Part shown: positions 49,565 through 62,835 of the stretch, one piece after another
How the letters are laid out: the number at the start of each line of letters is the position of its first letter
Position numbering within the stretch: position 1 is the stretch's first letter
DNA from: Chiloscyllium plagiosum
Lineage: Eukaryota
Direction of reading: 5' to 3'
Assembly (NCBI RefSeq): GCF_004010195.1
Contig: NC_057718.1
Location: forward strand, 38,067,152 to 38,131,151
DNA: 64,000 nt
Notes under the pieces: generated by a model
What the model was told of the DNA's origin: nothing
Databases searched by the model: none
Seen by the model: only the letters and a program-made list of their open reading frames with translations
Translations under genes and position numbers: made by a program

Positions 49565-50200
49565 GGAGCAGAAATAGGCACATTCCCTCTCAAGCCTGCT
49601 CTGCCAGGTCAATAAGATCATGGCTGATCTGATCATGCACTGAATTCCACTTTTCTGCCTGTCACCTTCATGGCCCATCACTCCCTTGAATACCAGAAAT
49701 ATATCTAACTCAAACTTGAATATATTCAATGACTGAACCTACAATTTCCTCTTTGGTGGGGAATTCCAAATATTGCCAACCTTCGCTGAGAGAAGGAATC
49801 CCTTCTATCTCTAAAATGAGAGATGATTTATTTTGAAATTGAGTGATGTATTGCTAGACTCTTGCATGACAGAAAGCATCCCCTCAGCATCTAACCTGGT
49901 GAGTTCTCAATCTCATATATATCCCAATAAGATCCCCTCTACTTCTTCAAAACTCCAGTCAGTATCGGCCTAAACTGTGCAACCTTTCCTCATAAGACAA
50001 CAACCCCTTCAACCCAGAACTACTTCCAATGCAAGTATATCTATCCTTTAAATTAGGAGACCAAAACTGTATATAGCACTCTGGGGTGTACTTTCACCAA
50101 CACCCTCTGCAATTGCATCATTTCTCAACTTAAATACTCCATCCCCTTTTGCAATAAAGGCCAATAATTTAATTGATTGATTTAATCAGCTGCCCACTAT
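49565..50200 (-). mobile_element. Old CR1-like 3' part
   Basis: aataagatcatggctgatctgat 3' UTR motif; ggagaccaaaactgt. Confidence 0.65.
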
Positions 50201-51974
50201 TAGTAGCTAGTGCTAACTTCTTGTCCAGATATTTCTGTGTACCTTTTGTTACGTATCCCAACACTCTGCATTTTGGACAGCTGAGGTAATTATTCTGGTA
50301 TATTGAATGACCATGTTTCCTTTTTTTTTTGAGACCTCAAGCACATTCTTCCATCCATGTTATCCACATCATTCATGTCAACGTGTACTCTGCAAAGTCT
50401 TCAAAACGTACATTGTTGTACATTAAAATCCATATGTTGTATCTTAAGCCAATAACTCAGCTTTTTGATTTTGGCATGTTGATATTTATCACAGTACATG
50501 CATTGAAATTGTCTGTAAATTTGTGCACTTTGAACCTAATCCCTTCTAAATTATTTATAAAAATAATCTAAATTCAAGAATTTGTTCATCAGTGGGCTTG
50601 TATAAATAATTTGAGATTGATGCTATTTTTGTTTACTTTTTGATCATCCTTCTTGGGAGGAACAGTGTTTCACTTTTTATTATGATCTTCCTGATAATAC
50701 AATTCAGATTTAAGATTCATTGTGTGAGATCATATAATTGGTTACATCATAGAAGGGAGCCATTCAGGCTGTCATGCTTTGTCAGCCTTCTACAAGAGCT
50801 GTTCACTGAATCCCATTCCCCACCTTGTAATTTTATTCTCACAAATTATCCAGTTTCCTTTTGAAAACAATTTTGAAACTGCCTTTCTTATAGAATCACA
50901 GGTCTTTACAATACATAAGGAGGCAATTTGACCCATTATGTACTTGTTAGTTGACAAACAGCCATCCATCAAAATCCCACTTTCCAACTCTAACTCATAT
51001 CATTGTAAGCTTTCGTACTTCCATTGCATATCAAATACCTTTTGAATTTTGTGAGGATTTCTACCTCCCGCATCAGATCAGGCTAAGTATTCCACATTTG
51101 GAGCTCCTACTGTTCCAAAATGTTTCACAGACTATCCCCTCTGATCATTTTACCTCTTAACTATATCTGTGTGTCCTTGGATATGGGAGCCACTAAGATA
51201 ATGTGAAAATAAATTTTAGTCATTATCCGACTGTAGCGCAGCACATTTCCTACTCTGCAGCCCCATATCCCTGCCATAACTTACCTGTAGCCTGGAATCT
51301 TGTCCCTGAGTGGATCTGTACTGGTAGCAGCCACAACCTCTCTTATGGTATTACTGCTGAGTGGAGCTACTGGTCTCTGGCTCGTAGGCTTTAGCAGGTA
51401 GGACTTGTGGCCCTTGCTGCCTGGACAAGTCCTGTCAAGTGCCTGAGTGACATGAATTAGACCTTCCTGGGAAATGAGTCAGGGCTTTTGCAAGTCCTTC
51501 AACTGGTGGCTGAAACCACTTTTACTTTAGCATGATGCCAACATTTAAGAGAAGATCACTTAAATTGATTGAAAACTAATCTTTTCTGTAAAATATCATT
51601 TGTTTGGTGTCATTCTTGGTACAAGTCCAATTGGCACCAATTATCATGCAGGAATTTCTGGATTGGAAGGCACACATTCCATGTTATAATACTTCTTTTG
51701 AACCCATAATTTGTTATATTAAGCCTGAAAACAATGACGCTTGATATTTGTTGAAAATGGCATTTTCGTGACAATACTGAGGATATATAGACGATTGTTG
51801 CTTTGAAACTCGGGGCACACTTTGTATTAGGAGTGCTTATCAATTCAGCCTCTGTGCTTTCCAAACTATAATTCGGAATTTGCATAAATTTGTGTGTGAT
51901 TATATAAATATATCAATGTATAGATTAAGGTATTATTGTTTGGTGAATACCCAACTAATATCTTTTCGAAAAGA

Positions 51975-52130
51975 AAGGTGGTCTCCTTGCTTGGTCTGGT
52001 TTACATGTGACTCCAGATCTGTACTAACTCTAAACTACTTCTGAAGGGACTTGATTCATGGGCAATTAGGGATTGCCAACAAATGCTGGTCTTTTCAGTG
52101 ATACCAAAATCTCATGAATTAATATAAAAA
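51975..52130 (+). mobile_element. Degenerate SINE/LINE tail fragment
   Basis: gggcaattagggattg...aaatgctggtct...cagtgatacc...catgaat; similar to 10385-10437. Confidence 0.5.
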
Positions 52131-52149
52131 GGACAGCTTAAGTAAATTT

Positions 52150-52520
52150 TAGAATCATAATATTTTAGAATCTCTAAAGTGCAGAAAGGGTCAACAAGGG
52201 CTCTCTATCGTGTCTTCATTAATGCTCCGAAGAGCACCCCACCCAGACCCAGTTTCCGTCCCCCCAGCCATCCTATCCCTGTAACCCCGTATTTACCATG
52301 TCTAATTCACCTAACCTGCACATCCCGAGATACTATGGACAATTTAGCATGGCCAATCCACCTAACCTGCACATCTTTGGACTGTGGGAAGAAACCAGAC
52401 CACTAGAGGAAACCCACAGACACGGAGAGAACATGCAAACTCCATAAATGTAGCACCCAAGGCTGGAATTGAATCCAGGTCCTCAGCACTGAGGCAGCAC
52501 CATATGCTGCACCATGCACT
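52150..52520 (-). mobile_element. tRNA-derived V-SINE (HE1-like)
   Basis: Homologous to 62598-63253 (acctgcacatctttggactgtgg...gaaacccac.cagacacgg.gagaa..tgcaaactcc). Confidence 0.8.
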
Positions 52521-52734
52521 GTGCCATTGCAAACTTGATGGGCTAAATGGCCTCTTTCTGCACTGTAGGATACCAAATTTTTAGGCTCAAAATCATGTCT
52601 CTGTGGGAGCAATTACTGCTCTTCATCTTTATAATTTTCAGTTTAAAGTATTAGATTTAATCAGCTTGATTTTTACATATTTGCAATGTATTTTGTTCCT
52701 TTTCTCACTGCTTATTTAAAGACTACTCATGACA

Positions 52735-52866
52735 CATTCCTGATGAAGGGCTTTTGCCTGAAACGTCGATTTCGAAGCTCCTTGGATGCTGCCTGAATTG
52801 CTGTGCTCTTCCAGCACCACTAATCCAGAATCTGGTTTCCAGCATCTGCAGTCATTGTTTTTACCT
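52735..52866 (+). mobile_element. Penelope-like terminal fragment (family A variant)
   Basis: ggatgctgcctgaattgctgtgctcttccagc...tccagcatctgcagtc terminus. Confidence 0.8.
52736..52772 (+). ncRNA. Minimal hammerhead ribozyme motif, core intact
   Basis: ATTC-CTGATGA-A-GGGC-TTTT-GCCT-GAA-ACGT-C-GATT. Confidence 0.65.
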
Positions 52867-52964
52867 CTACAGTTTCATAAAACTAAGTAGCTTCAGTGAC
52901 TGGGAATATGGATAGGGGATAGCTAAGCAATTGCTGATACTATTTCTCTGAAGTGTTGAACTTG

Positions 52965-53310
52965 ACTCAATAATAGCACTTCCACCTCTGCGTCAGAATA
53001 CTGAAGGCCTATTCTGTTATATTAAGCACATGATCTAGTCTGGCTTTTCACCATATTGAGGATTTGCTGCACTGCTGTAGCTGTCACTTTAACTAAGCTG
53101 AGGCAAAAGCAAAATATCAAGATAGTGGAAATCTGAAATGAAACTCTATATTTTGAAAATACTCAGCCAGTCAGGCAGCATCAGCATCTGGAGAGAGTAG
53201 CAGAATTAAAATATTCAGATCTATGGTCCTGCACTGGGCCCCATCTGCTGTCTCAGTTGATAGTAAAAGATCCTATGAGGAACTGGGACATGTCATTGTC
53301 CTAGTTGGGC
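52965..53310 (+). mobile_element. Degenerate DeuSINE-type SINE with a short element inserted at ~53100-53230
   Basis: tgctgcactg...gggccccatctgctgtctcagttgatagtaaaagatcctatg. Confidence 0.45.
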
Positions 53311-53454
53311 TGCTCATGAGTTTCTCATTATATTCTGATACCTCTGAAAATCACGACCATTGATCCATGGTTATCCAGCTCTTTTTTTCCCTCTGCAACT
53401 AATCATCATTGCACCTTCTTAGCCAAAATTTTGAAATTTAAATTAATCAGATAT

Positions 53455-55840
53455 CGGAGCTGAATTAGGCCCATCGGGTCTGCTCCACCATTTGATTATG
53501 GCTGATATGTTCCTCACCCCCATTTTCCTGCCTTCTCTCCATAGCCTTTCAACCCATTACCAAGTAAAACTCTGTCTAACTCCTCCTTAAATTGACTCAC
53601 TGTCCCAGCATCCACCGCACTTTACTGTAGCAAGTTCCACAGATTCACAACCCTTTGGGAGAATTAGTTTCTCCTCAACTATGTTTTAAATTTGCTACCC
53701 CTTATGAGGTACCCCTATGAGTTCTCTTCTTAGAATGCCCAGAAGCTGAAGCATCCACTCCATGTCTATATTATCCACACCTTTTATCATCTTGAATATG
53801 TCAATTTGATCACCCTCATTCTCTTCTAAATTCCAGAGAGTATAGGCCTAAACTGTTCAATCTGTGTTCACACGACAAACTAGTGAACCTCCTTTGAACT
53901 ACCTCCAATGGTATTACATCTTTCCTCAGATAAAGGGATTAAAACAGTGCATAATACTCCAGGTGTGGTTTCACCGGTACCTTGTGCAGTTGCAACAATA
54001 CTTCTTACCTTTATGTTCTATTCCTTTAACTATAAAAGCCAACATTCCATCTGCTTTCTTTATTATCTGCTGTACCTGCATGCTAGTTTATATGACTCAT
54101 AAATGAGTACAAATCTTCGAGGAGAAAGTGAGGACTGCAGATGCTGGAGATCAGAGCTGAAAATGTGTTGCTGGAAAAGCGCAGCAGGCCAGGCAGCATC
54201 CAAGGAACAAGAGAATCGACGTTTCGGGCATAAGCCCTGCTTCAGGAAGAGGTGCTTATGCCCGAAATGTCGATTCTCCTGTTCCTTGGATGCTGCCTGG
54301 CCTGCTGTGCTTTTCCAGCAACACATTTTCAGCTCATAAATGAGTACGTCTAGATCCCTCTGCACTGGAGCACCCAGAGTCTCTCCTCATTCAGATAGTA
54401 GGGTCACATTCCCATTTTCTCGACCCAAATGTATGACCTCACACATATCCACGTTAAACTCTGTTTGCCACATTTTGGCCTACACTCCTAAACTATCTAT
54501 ATCCATTTGTCAGGTTCTTATTTCCTCATTGCAGTTTATCATCCCACCTATTTTTGTGCCATCCGCAAATGTGAGTATAAAGCATTCTATCCCTGTATCC
54601 AAGTTGTTAATGTAGATTGTCAATAGCTGGGGGTCCTAGGACCAAACTCTGTGGCACCCCCACTAGTTACAACTTGCCATCCAGAAAGAAAACATTTATC
54701 CTGACTCTTTGTCTTCTGTCCATCAGCCAGTTATCTCTTCAGGCTAATAAATTACTCCGAATCCCATATGATCCGACCTTGTGAATTAACCTTTTGTGTG
54801 GCACCTTATCAAATGCCTTGCACAAGTTCAGATAAATTACATTTACAGCATTCCTGTTATCCACCTTGCTTGTTACATTTTTGAAGAACTCTAGCAAATT
54901 AGTCAAACATGATTTGTCCTTCATAAAACCATGCTGACACTGATGGATCGTGTTTTAACTTTTCAAGTGTCCTGATATTGCTTCCTTTCCTTGACAATTT
55001 ACCAACAGTTTACCAACAATAAATGTTAAACTAACTGGTCTGTAATTGCCCATTTTTGCCTCCCTTTTTGAATCAGAGTGTTATATGAGCCATTTTCCAA
55101 TCCACTGGGATCTTTCCCATGTCCAGGGAATTTTGGAATGTTGTAAACAATGGATCTACTATCTCTGCTGACACTTTCTTTAATACCATAGGATGTATGC
55201 CATCAGGCCCAGGGGACTTGTCTGTCCTCAGTGCTAATACTTTGCTTAGTACCTTTTCCTTGTCGATGTTGATTTGTTCTATGTTCGACCTTATCTATTG
55301 CGTCTGACTTGCCTGTTCCGACAAGTATGATACTATTGTTCTCCAGCATGAAAACTGAGGCAAAGTATTGATTCAGCATCTTTGCCATGTTAGTGTTCCC
55401 CACTGTTAACCATCTGGTTTCATCTCCCAAGGGATCAACATTCACCTTATCGACTCTCTTCCCTTTATATATTTATGGAAGCTTTTGCTATCCTTTTTCA
55501 TATTTTGTGTTAGTTTTCTTTCATAATTTACCTTAGCTCTTTTTATAAATCTTTTAGTATCCCATGAAAGTTTCCCAATCTTCCAGCCTGCCACAGGCCT
55601 TTGCAATATGGTATACCTTAGTTTTTGACTTTATATTGTCCTTGACTTTCTTGTTTAGTCATGGATGTTTTTAACCACCCCATACCATCTTTCCTTCTCT
55701 CTGGGATATATTTTAGTTTTGAGGAATTGAGGAGCTCCTTAAACATTTGACACTGTTCATCCACTTTGTTACCATTTAGCTTTCCTGCTCAATCTACTCA
55801 GGTCACATGTGTCTCATACCTATATGATTTCCTTAATTTC
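53455..55840 (-). mobile_element. Older CR1-clade LINE, minus strand, with a Penelope-like hairpin insertion
   Basis: KSCLTNLLEFF...KAFDKVPH (54739-54924), LNQYFASVF (55203-55445). Confidence 0.88.
54111..54332. mobile_element. Penelope-like (family A) fold-back mini-element
   Basis: 82-bp inverted arms 54154-54235 and 54254-54335; 15-bp TSD ctcataaatgagtac at 54096-54110 and 54333-54347. Confidence 0.9.
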
Positions 55841-55904
55841 CTGAAGAAAATAATTCTGAACCTGCATTATCCAGTAATGTGTAAAATATATGTGGAAGGG
55901 TCAA

Positions 55905-57178
55905 ATTTGTGCATGGGAAATCATGTCTCATGAACTTGATTGAGCATTTTGAAAAAGTAACAGAGAATTGATCAGGGCAGAGCAGTGGACGTGATCTATA
56001 TGGACTTCAGTAAGGCATTTGATTAGGTTCCCCATGGGAAACTGGTTAGAAAGGTTAGATCTCATGGAATACAGGGAGAACTAGCCATTTGGATAGAGAA
56101 CCGGTAGAAGGTAGAAGACAGAGGGTGATGGAGGAGGGTTGTTTTTCAGACTGGAGGCCTGTGACCAGTGGAGTGCCTCAAGGATCAGTGCTGGGTCCTC
56201 TACTTTTCATCATTTATATAAATGATTTGGATATGAACAGAGGGGCTTTAGTTAGTAAGTTTGCAGATGACACCAAAATTGGAGGTATAGTGGACAGCAA
56301 AGAAGGTTATCTCAGAGGACAATAGGATCTTGATCAGATGGGTGAATTGGCTAAGGAGTAGCAGATGAAGTTTAATTTAGCGAGATGCTACATTTTGGGA
56401 AAGCAAATCATTGCAGGACTTATACACTTAATGGTAAGGTCCTAGAGAGTGTTGCTGAACAAAGAGACCTTGGAGTGCAGGTTCATAGCTCCTTGAAAGT
56501 GAGTTGCAGGTAGATAGGATCGTGAAGAGCGTGTTTGGTATGCTTTCCTTTATTGGTCAGAGTATTGAGTGTAGGAGTTGGGAGGTCATGTTTTGGCTGT
56601 ACAGGACGTTAGTTAGGTCACTTTTGGAATATTGCGTGCAATTCTGGTCTTCCTATTAGAAGGATGTTGTGCAACTTGAAAGGGTTCAGAAAAGATTGAC
56701 AAGGATTGACAAAGATTGCCACGTTTGGAGGATTTGAGCTATAGGGCGAGGTTTAAAAGGCTGGGGCTGTTTTACCTGGAGTGTCGAAGGCTGAGGGGTG
56801 TCCTCATAGAGGTTTATAAAATCATGAGGGGCATGGATAGGATAAATAGGTAAAATCTTTTCCCTGGAGTAGGGGAGCCCAGAACTAGAGGGCATAGGTT
56901 TAGGGTGAGAGTGGAAAGATACAAGAGGGACCTAAGGGGCAACGTTTTCATGCAGAGGATGGTGCGTGTATGGTATGAGCTGCCAGAGGAAGTGGAGGAG
57001 GCTGGTACAATTGCAACATTTAAAAGACATCTGGATGGGTATATGAATAGGAAGGGTTTGGAGAACTATGGGCCAAGTGCTCGCTAATGGGACTAGATTG
57101 GGTTGGGATATCTGATCGGCATGGACAGGTTGGACCGAAGGGTGTGTTTCCGTGCTGTATATCTCTATGACTCTGTGA
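55905..57178 (+). mobile_element. CR1-clade LINE 3' third
   Basis: [28 protein letters not shown]; 3' tail ctatgactctgtgac. Confidence 0.94.
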
Positions 57179-57449
57179 CTTCATCCTTCTCTGTTCCCTT
57201 GGTATCTCTTGCTTGTTATTTTGCTTGACCTACTGGCTTCAGCATGACTGGTGAAAGGGAAAGACTGCAGAAGGCCTTGTATGATGCCTTTTGCCAACTT
57301 TGGGACTTGATAGGCCTGGCTTTTGTCTGTACCACTCAGGCAATGGGTGGCAAGACCCTGGACAGCAAAGGCAGTGGTGAAATGACAATGGTGGGAGCAC
57401 AAATCCTCTCTCCAGAAGAGAGCACATCAGTTTTGTGCATCTTAGAGTC

Positions 57450-57960
57450 ACTGGTTTTGGGTGGTGCCTCAGCAGTCCTGGCAATGTGCAGATTGCTGGG
57501 CTGTTAGTAAAGATTGTAACCCTTTATGCAGTTATGATGACAGTAGTCTGAGTTTATCACAGAAGCAGAGCTTAATGCTCAAAAAAACAGAAATCTGGAA
57601 CTTTAACCTTGAGATCAGCACTCAGATGTTGGTTGGGTTGAGGTATGAGCTGTCAGACAATGGAAATATCTTAGTGGGAAGTCTTTATTGGAAAAAATGG
57701 CTCCGAACTCTGGAGTGTATATTACATTGGAGTCAGACTACTCTGTGTTGCTCTGACAGAAAGAACACGTTCTTTCCAGATCTGAAGAACACCAGGAATC
57801 TGTGTGCATACCAATCAACATTTTCATGTATGCTATCCTGCTGAAGTCCTCATCTGAGTACTTTGCATCAAAACCATTCTGTAGCCTTGCTTTTCTAGGA
57901 GATGGAATTCATGTTATCTTTTGCTTGGCCTTATTGCAGGACACTCATGCCTATTTGGTC
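57450..57960 (-). mobile_element. Possible highly degenerate PIF/Harbinger transposase remnant
   Basis: Minus strand shows fragments in the expected order, e.g. NKDFPLR (cf. GDKGYPL) followed by a NPT-like motif; no intact frame. Confidence 0.3.
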
Positions 57961-57994
57961 AGAAGAATAAAAAGGCAACTTGCGATCTGAATAG

Positions 57995-58515
57995 AATTTT
58001 GGTATTTATTGCTAAAGGAATGGAGTATAAAAGTAAGGAAGGATTGCTGCAATTGTACACAGCATGAGTGAGATAAAACCTGGAGTACTGCATACAGGTT
58101 TTGTCCCCTTATTTGAGGAAGGATGTAACTGCATTGGAGGCAATTCAGGTAGGGTTCACTAGATTAATTCCAAACATTAAAGGTTTGTTTCAGATGAGAT
58201 ACAGCAGTTTACTCAGTGGAGGAATGACAGGAGACCTAATTAAACTACGTAAAATGCTAAAGAGGTTGAAAAGTAGACATTTCCACTTGTGGGGCAAAAA
58301 AAACGAGAGACGGTTGTTTTATGCCATGATGTGACAGAACTAGAATGGGAATGAGGAGCAATTCTTTTTCTCAAAAGGTGTTGAATATGGGAATTCACTA
58401 CTCCAGAGTGTGGTAGGTATTAATTAGTAATAGGTTAAAGTGAGGGGCAGGAAAGTGGAGTTGATGCCAAGATAAAATCAAGGTTTGAATTGCCTACTCC
58501 TTCTTATTCTTATGT
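57995..58515 (+). mobile_element. Old CR1-like 3' end
   Basis: SPYLRKDVTALEAIQVGFTRLIP; tail cttattcttatgtt. Confidence 0.75.
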
Positions 58516-60324
58516 TGACTTATCACGTGCAGATCTTATCTCTGTACAACCTCCTAAGGTATGTGCAGTGCCACTATCTGAACTGGTGGCAGATCAAGTG
58601 ATGGTACTTGTTCTTCAGATGTTGCTTCCATCTCTAAATGTTTATTATCTCCTGGCAGCAGCTTGTGGCAGAAGTTTACAAGGGGGCGAGATGGTTTCCC
58701 CCTGCCCTAAAGGAAAGATGACAGCCAGCCGACTGGCCCAGAAAATGACCACCGACAATGATAATGTGCTGTGGGTAGGCGAAGAAAGTGCGATCTCTGC
58801 TTCTCACTGGAACAAGATCCACCTCCTGGAACTGCTGGCTAATCTGATGTGTTGGGCACTGCAGCAGTCCCGGCAGCATCAGAGCTCCATAGTGGGTGGT
58901 TGCAGGGATTGCAACCAGCCGCAGGACAAAGACCCCAATGAATCCCTAGATCCAGAAATCTGAGGTAGTGGGAGGAAAGAGTTTAGCCATCTTAGATAGA
59001 GTAGTGGGCGTGATGGTGGAGGGTGGGATTTTGTGTTTGGGCAGTGGGTTTTAAAGTTCATGCACCAAAGAAGGGGGTACTGTTTTTTAAATTGGAGAGA
59101 GGGTGTCCCAGAAATAGTGCCCTCCTTCCTTCCTTGCTATTTTAAAAGCTTTGAGAAAAACAGGGTGCCCACTTTGGCTTTGCTCCCGATGCCAAGTGTA
59201 TAGTAACATGAGCAGGTTCATAAAGGGGGTAATTGAGCTTTTTACAAACGAATTGGTTATATTCATGTCGTGGGTTGACTGTCCTCCTCCCTCACTCTGA
59301 ATTATGGGATTCAGACATCATATTAAATTGCAGGGTGGGAGTGCAGTTGGGCTTTAAGAAGGTGCATAAGGCAGGAACATACCATAATCCTGGATGGTTT
59401 GAGTGACGGTATTTGCTACTGCCTCAGTGATGCTTGTGGTAATAATGCTGAGCACCATCTTCATTATGAGGGCAAAAAATGCAACTCTGCCTGTCTTCCC
59501 TCCTATTCTTTTATGCTTGCCCTCTGCTATGTGCAAGATCATCCTGCATGACACAGGGAAGAGGATCAGAATGTGTGCACGCACAAATGTTCATTACCTC
59601 CTGGCAGTGGCTTGTGGTGGAAATTTACAAAGGGACTAGACAGTTTCTCATTGCCCTGAAGAAAGGTGACAGCCCGCCCACTGGCTGTTTTAGATGAAAT
59701 GTGTTTATGAAACCTGATGCAATGTTCAGTGTGTGAATATGAGGTGGAGCACACTAATGTTAGGCATGAGTGCGAATTGTTGGGGATTAATGGTTGAGCA
59801 ATCTGGGTGTGGTGCATCAAGCACGATTGGAGGTGCAATGAGTTGGAGATGGCATGTAAAGAAGGTGTTCACTTGTGTGAAGTAATTTAACATTGTCTTG
59901 GGGCCACACTGTTGATATCTACCATACCATCATGCGTATCTGAAGTGTTCACTGTAGAATGATGAAATCTGCCCTTCTTACTATATCCTGCACCAAGATC
60001 TCCTATGCTGTATATGAGGTTAGAAAATCTCTCTTTTGGTCCTCCTGCTTCATTTTTTCAGTTTCTGTCCGCTCAGTATGTCTTCCCTGAACACTTCCAG
60101 CATTTACTGTTGTCAGAATGTACTTTGCCTTGAAGAGATGAAAGATTATTTCAAGAAAAGCTAACGAATTTTAACTGGTACTGTCCTCACATACACAACT
60201 TTCCTGCTAAACTTGGAGCAGTTGCAAGGTAATCACGCATCTGGACCCCTGTGCCTGTTGAAAGCTTTTCCATTTTATTACGTGTATGAGGTTTAACTCA
60301 CTTTAATTTCTTAGAGACTGTTTA

Positions 60325-60485
60325 CAGACTCATAGCATCCCGACAGTGTGAAAGCAGAGCATTTGGTCCATTGAGTCCATACCAACCCTCCAAAGAGCAT
60401 CCCACTCAGACCCACCCCCTACCCTGTTTCTGTAACTCTGCATTTCCCATGGCTAATCCACCGAACCTTCACATCTTCGGACTTC
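60325..60485 (-). mobile_element. V-SINE (HE1-like) 3' fragment
   Basis: ccaaccctccaaagagcatcccactcagaccc...cacatcttcggact. Confidence 0.7.
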
Positions 60486-62835
60486 TTGTTGAACACATGT
60501 TCTGTCAAGACTCTGGTGGCACTACTTCCATCAAATTCCCTCTACATAAACCTGTGAAACTGACAGCGATTATCACATTATCATACCTTTTGTGATATCT
60601 CATTCTACAGAGTTTATTTGAAAACACCTTTTGCTGGTGTATTTGACATCAGGGATTCAATATATTGGGAGTTGAAGACTTGAACCTTGATACATTTTCG
60701 CAGGTGTCTGTGCTCTATCTATACCAGAAAGAATGCCCATTTTACGTGGGTGAGCCTGGACATTGTTAGCAGTATTTATCCTCATGGCCTGCATTACAAA
60801 TAATCTTGGCCTTACCTGTTAGAGTCATAGAGTCACAGAGATGTACAGCACGAAAACAGACCCTTCAGTCCAACTCATCCATGCCGACCAGATATCCCAA
60901 CCCAATCCAGTCCCACCTGCCAGTATCCAGCCCATACCCCTCCAAACCCTTCCTATTCATATACCTGTACAGATGCCTTTCAAATGTTGCATTTGTACTA
61001 GCCTCCACCTAATTCCATACACATACCACCCTCTGTGTGAAAATGTTGCCCCTTAGGTCTCTTTTATATGTTTTCCCTCTTAACCTGAACCCAAGCCCTC
61101 TAGTTCTGTACTCCCCCACCCCAGGAAAAATATTTTGTCTATTTATCCTATCCATGCCCCTCATGATTTTATAAACCTCTATAAGGTCACCCCTCAGCCT
61201 CCGACACTCCAGGGAAAACAGCCCTAGCCTATTCAACCTCCCCCTATTGCTCAAATCCTCCAACCCTTGTAGTTCTTTTCTGAACCCTTTCAAGTTTCAC
61301 AACATCTTTCCGATAGGAAGGAGACCAGAATCACACACAATATTCCAAAAGTGGCCTAACAAATGTCTTGTACAGCCGCAACATGACCTCCCAAGTCATG
61401 TGCTCAATACTCTGACCAATAAAGAAAAGCATACCAAACGCCTTCTTCACTATCCTATCTACCTGTGACTCCACTTTCAAGGAGCTATGAACCTGCACTC
61501 CAAGGTCTCTTTGTTCAGCAACACTCCCTGGGACCTTACATTAAGTGTATAAGTCTTGCTAAGATTTCGTCTCCCAAAATGCAGTACTTCACATTTATTT
61601 AAATTAAACTCCATCTGCCATTTCTCAGCCTGTTGGCCAATCTGATCAAGATCCCATTGTAATCTGAAGTAACTTTCTTCGCTGTCCACTACACCTCCAA
61701 TTTTGGAGTCATCTGCAAACTTACTAACTATATTTCTTATGCTCACGTCCAAATCATTTAAATAAATGATGAAAAGTAGTGGATCCAGCACCAATTCTTG
61801 TGACACTCCACTGGTCACGGGTTTGAAACATAACTCTCCTCCACCACCCTCTGCCTCCGACCTTTGAGCCAGTTCTATATCCAAATGGCTAGTTCTCCTA
61901 GGATTCCATGAGATCTAACCTTGCTAACCAGTCTCCCATGGGGAACCTTGTTGAACGCCTTCCTGAAGTCCACATAGATCAAGTCTACAGCTCTGCCCTC
62001 ATCAATCCTCTTTGTTACTTCTTTAAAAAACTCAATCAAGTTTGTGAGACATGATTTTCCACACACAAAGCCATGTTGACTATCCCTAATCAGTCCTGGC
62101 CTTTCCAAATACATGTACATCCTGTCATTCAAGATTCTCTTCAACAACTTGCCCACCACAGATGTCAGGTTCACTGGTCTATAGTTCCCTGGCTTGTCCT
62201 TACCACCCTTCTAAAACGGTGGCACCATGTTAACCAAACTCCAGTCTTCCGGCACCTCACCTGTGACTATCGATGATACAAATATCTCAGTAAGAAGCCC
62301 AGCAATCACTTCCCTAGCTTCCCACAGAGTTCGAGGATACACCTGATCAGGAACTGGGGATTTATCCACTTTAACGTGTTTCAAGTCATCCCAGCACTTC
62401 CTCCTCTGTAATATGGATATTTTTCAAGATGTTACCATCTATTTCCTGACATTCTATATCTTCCAAGACCCTTTCCACAGTAAATACTGATGCAAAGTAC
62501 TCGTTTAGTATCTCCCGCATCTCCTGCGGCTCCACACAAAGGCCCTATTCTCTCCCTCGTCAAAATGTATTTGTAACAACCCTTTTGATTCTTTTTTTTA
62601 GATTCCCTACAGTGTGGAAACAGGCCCTTCGGCCCAACCAGTCCACACCGACCCTCCAAAGGATAACCCACCCAGACCCATTTTTCTCTAACTAATGCAC
62701 CTCGCACTATGGGCAATTTAGCATGGCCAATTCACCTGATCTGCACATCTTTGGACTAAGAGAGGAAACCAGAGCACCAGGAGGAAACCCACGCAGACAC
62801 GGGGAGAATGTGCAAACTCCACACAGTCGCCCAAG

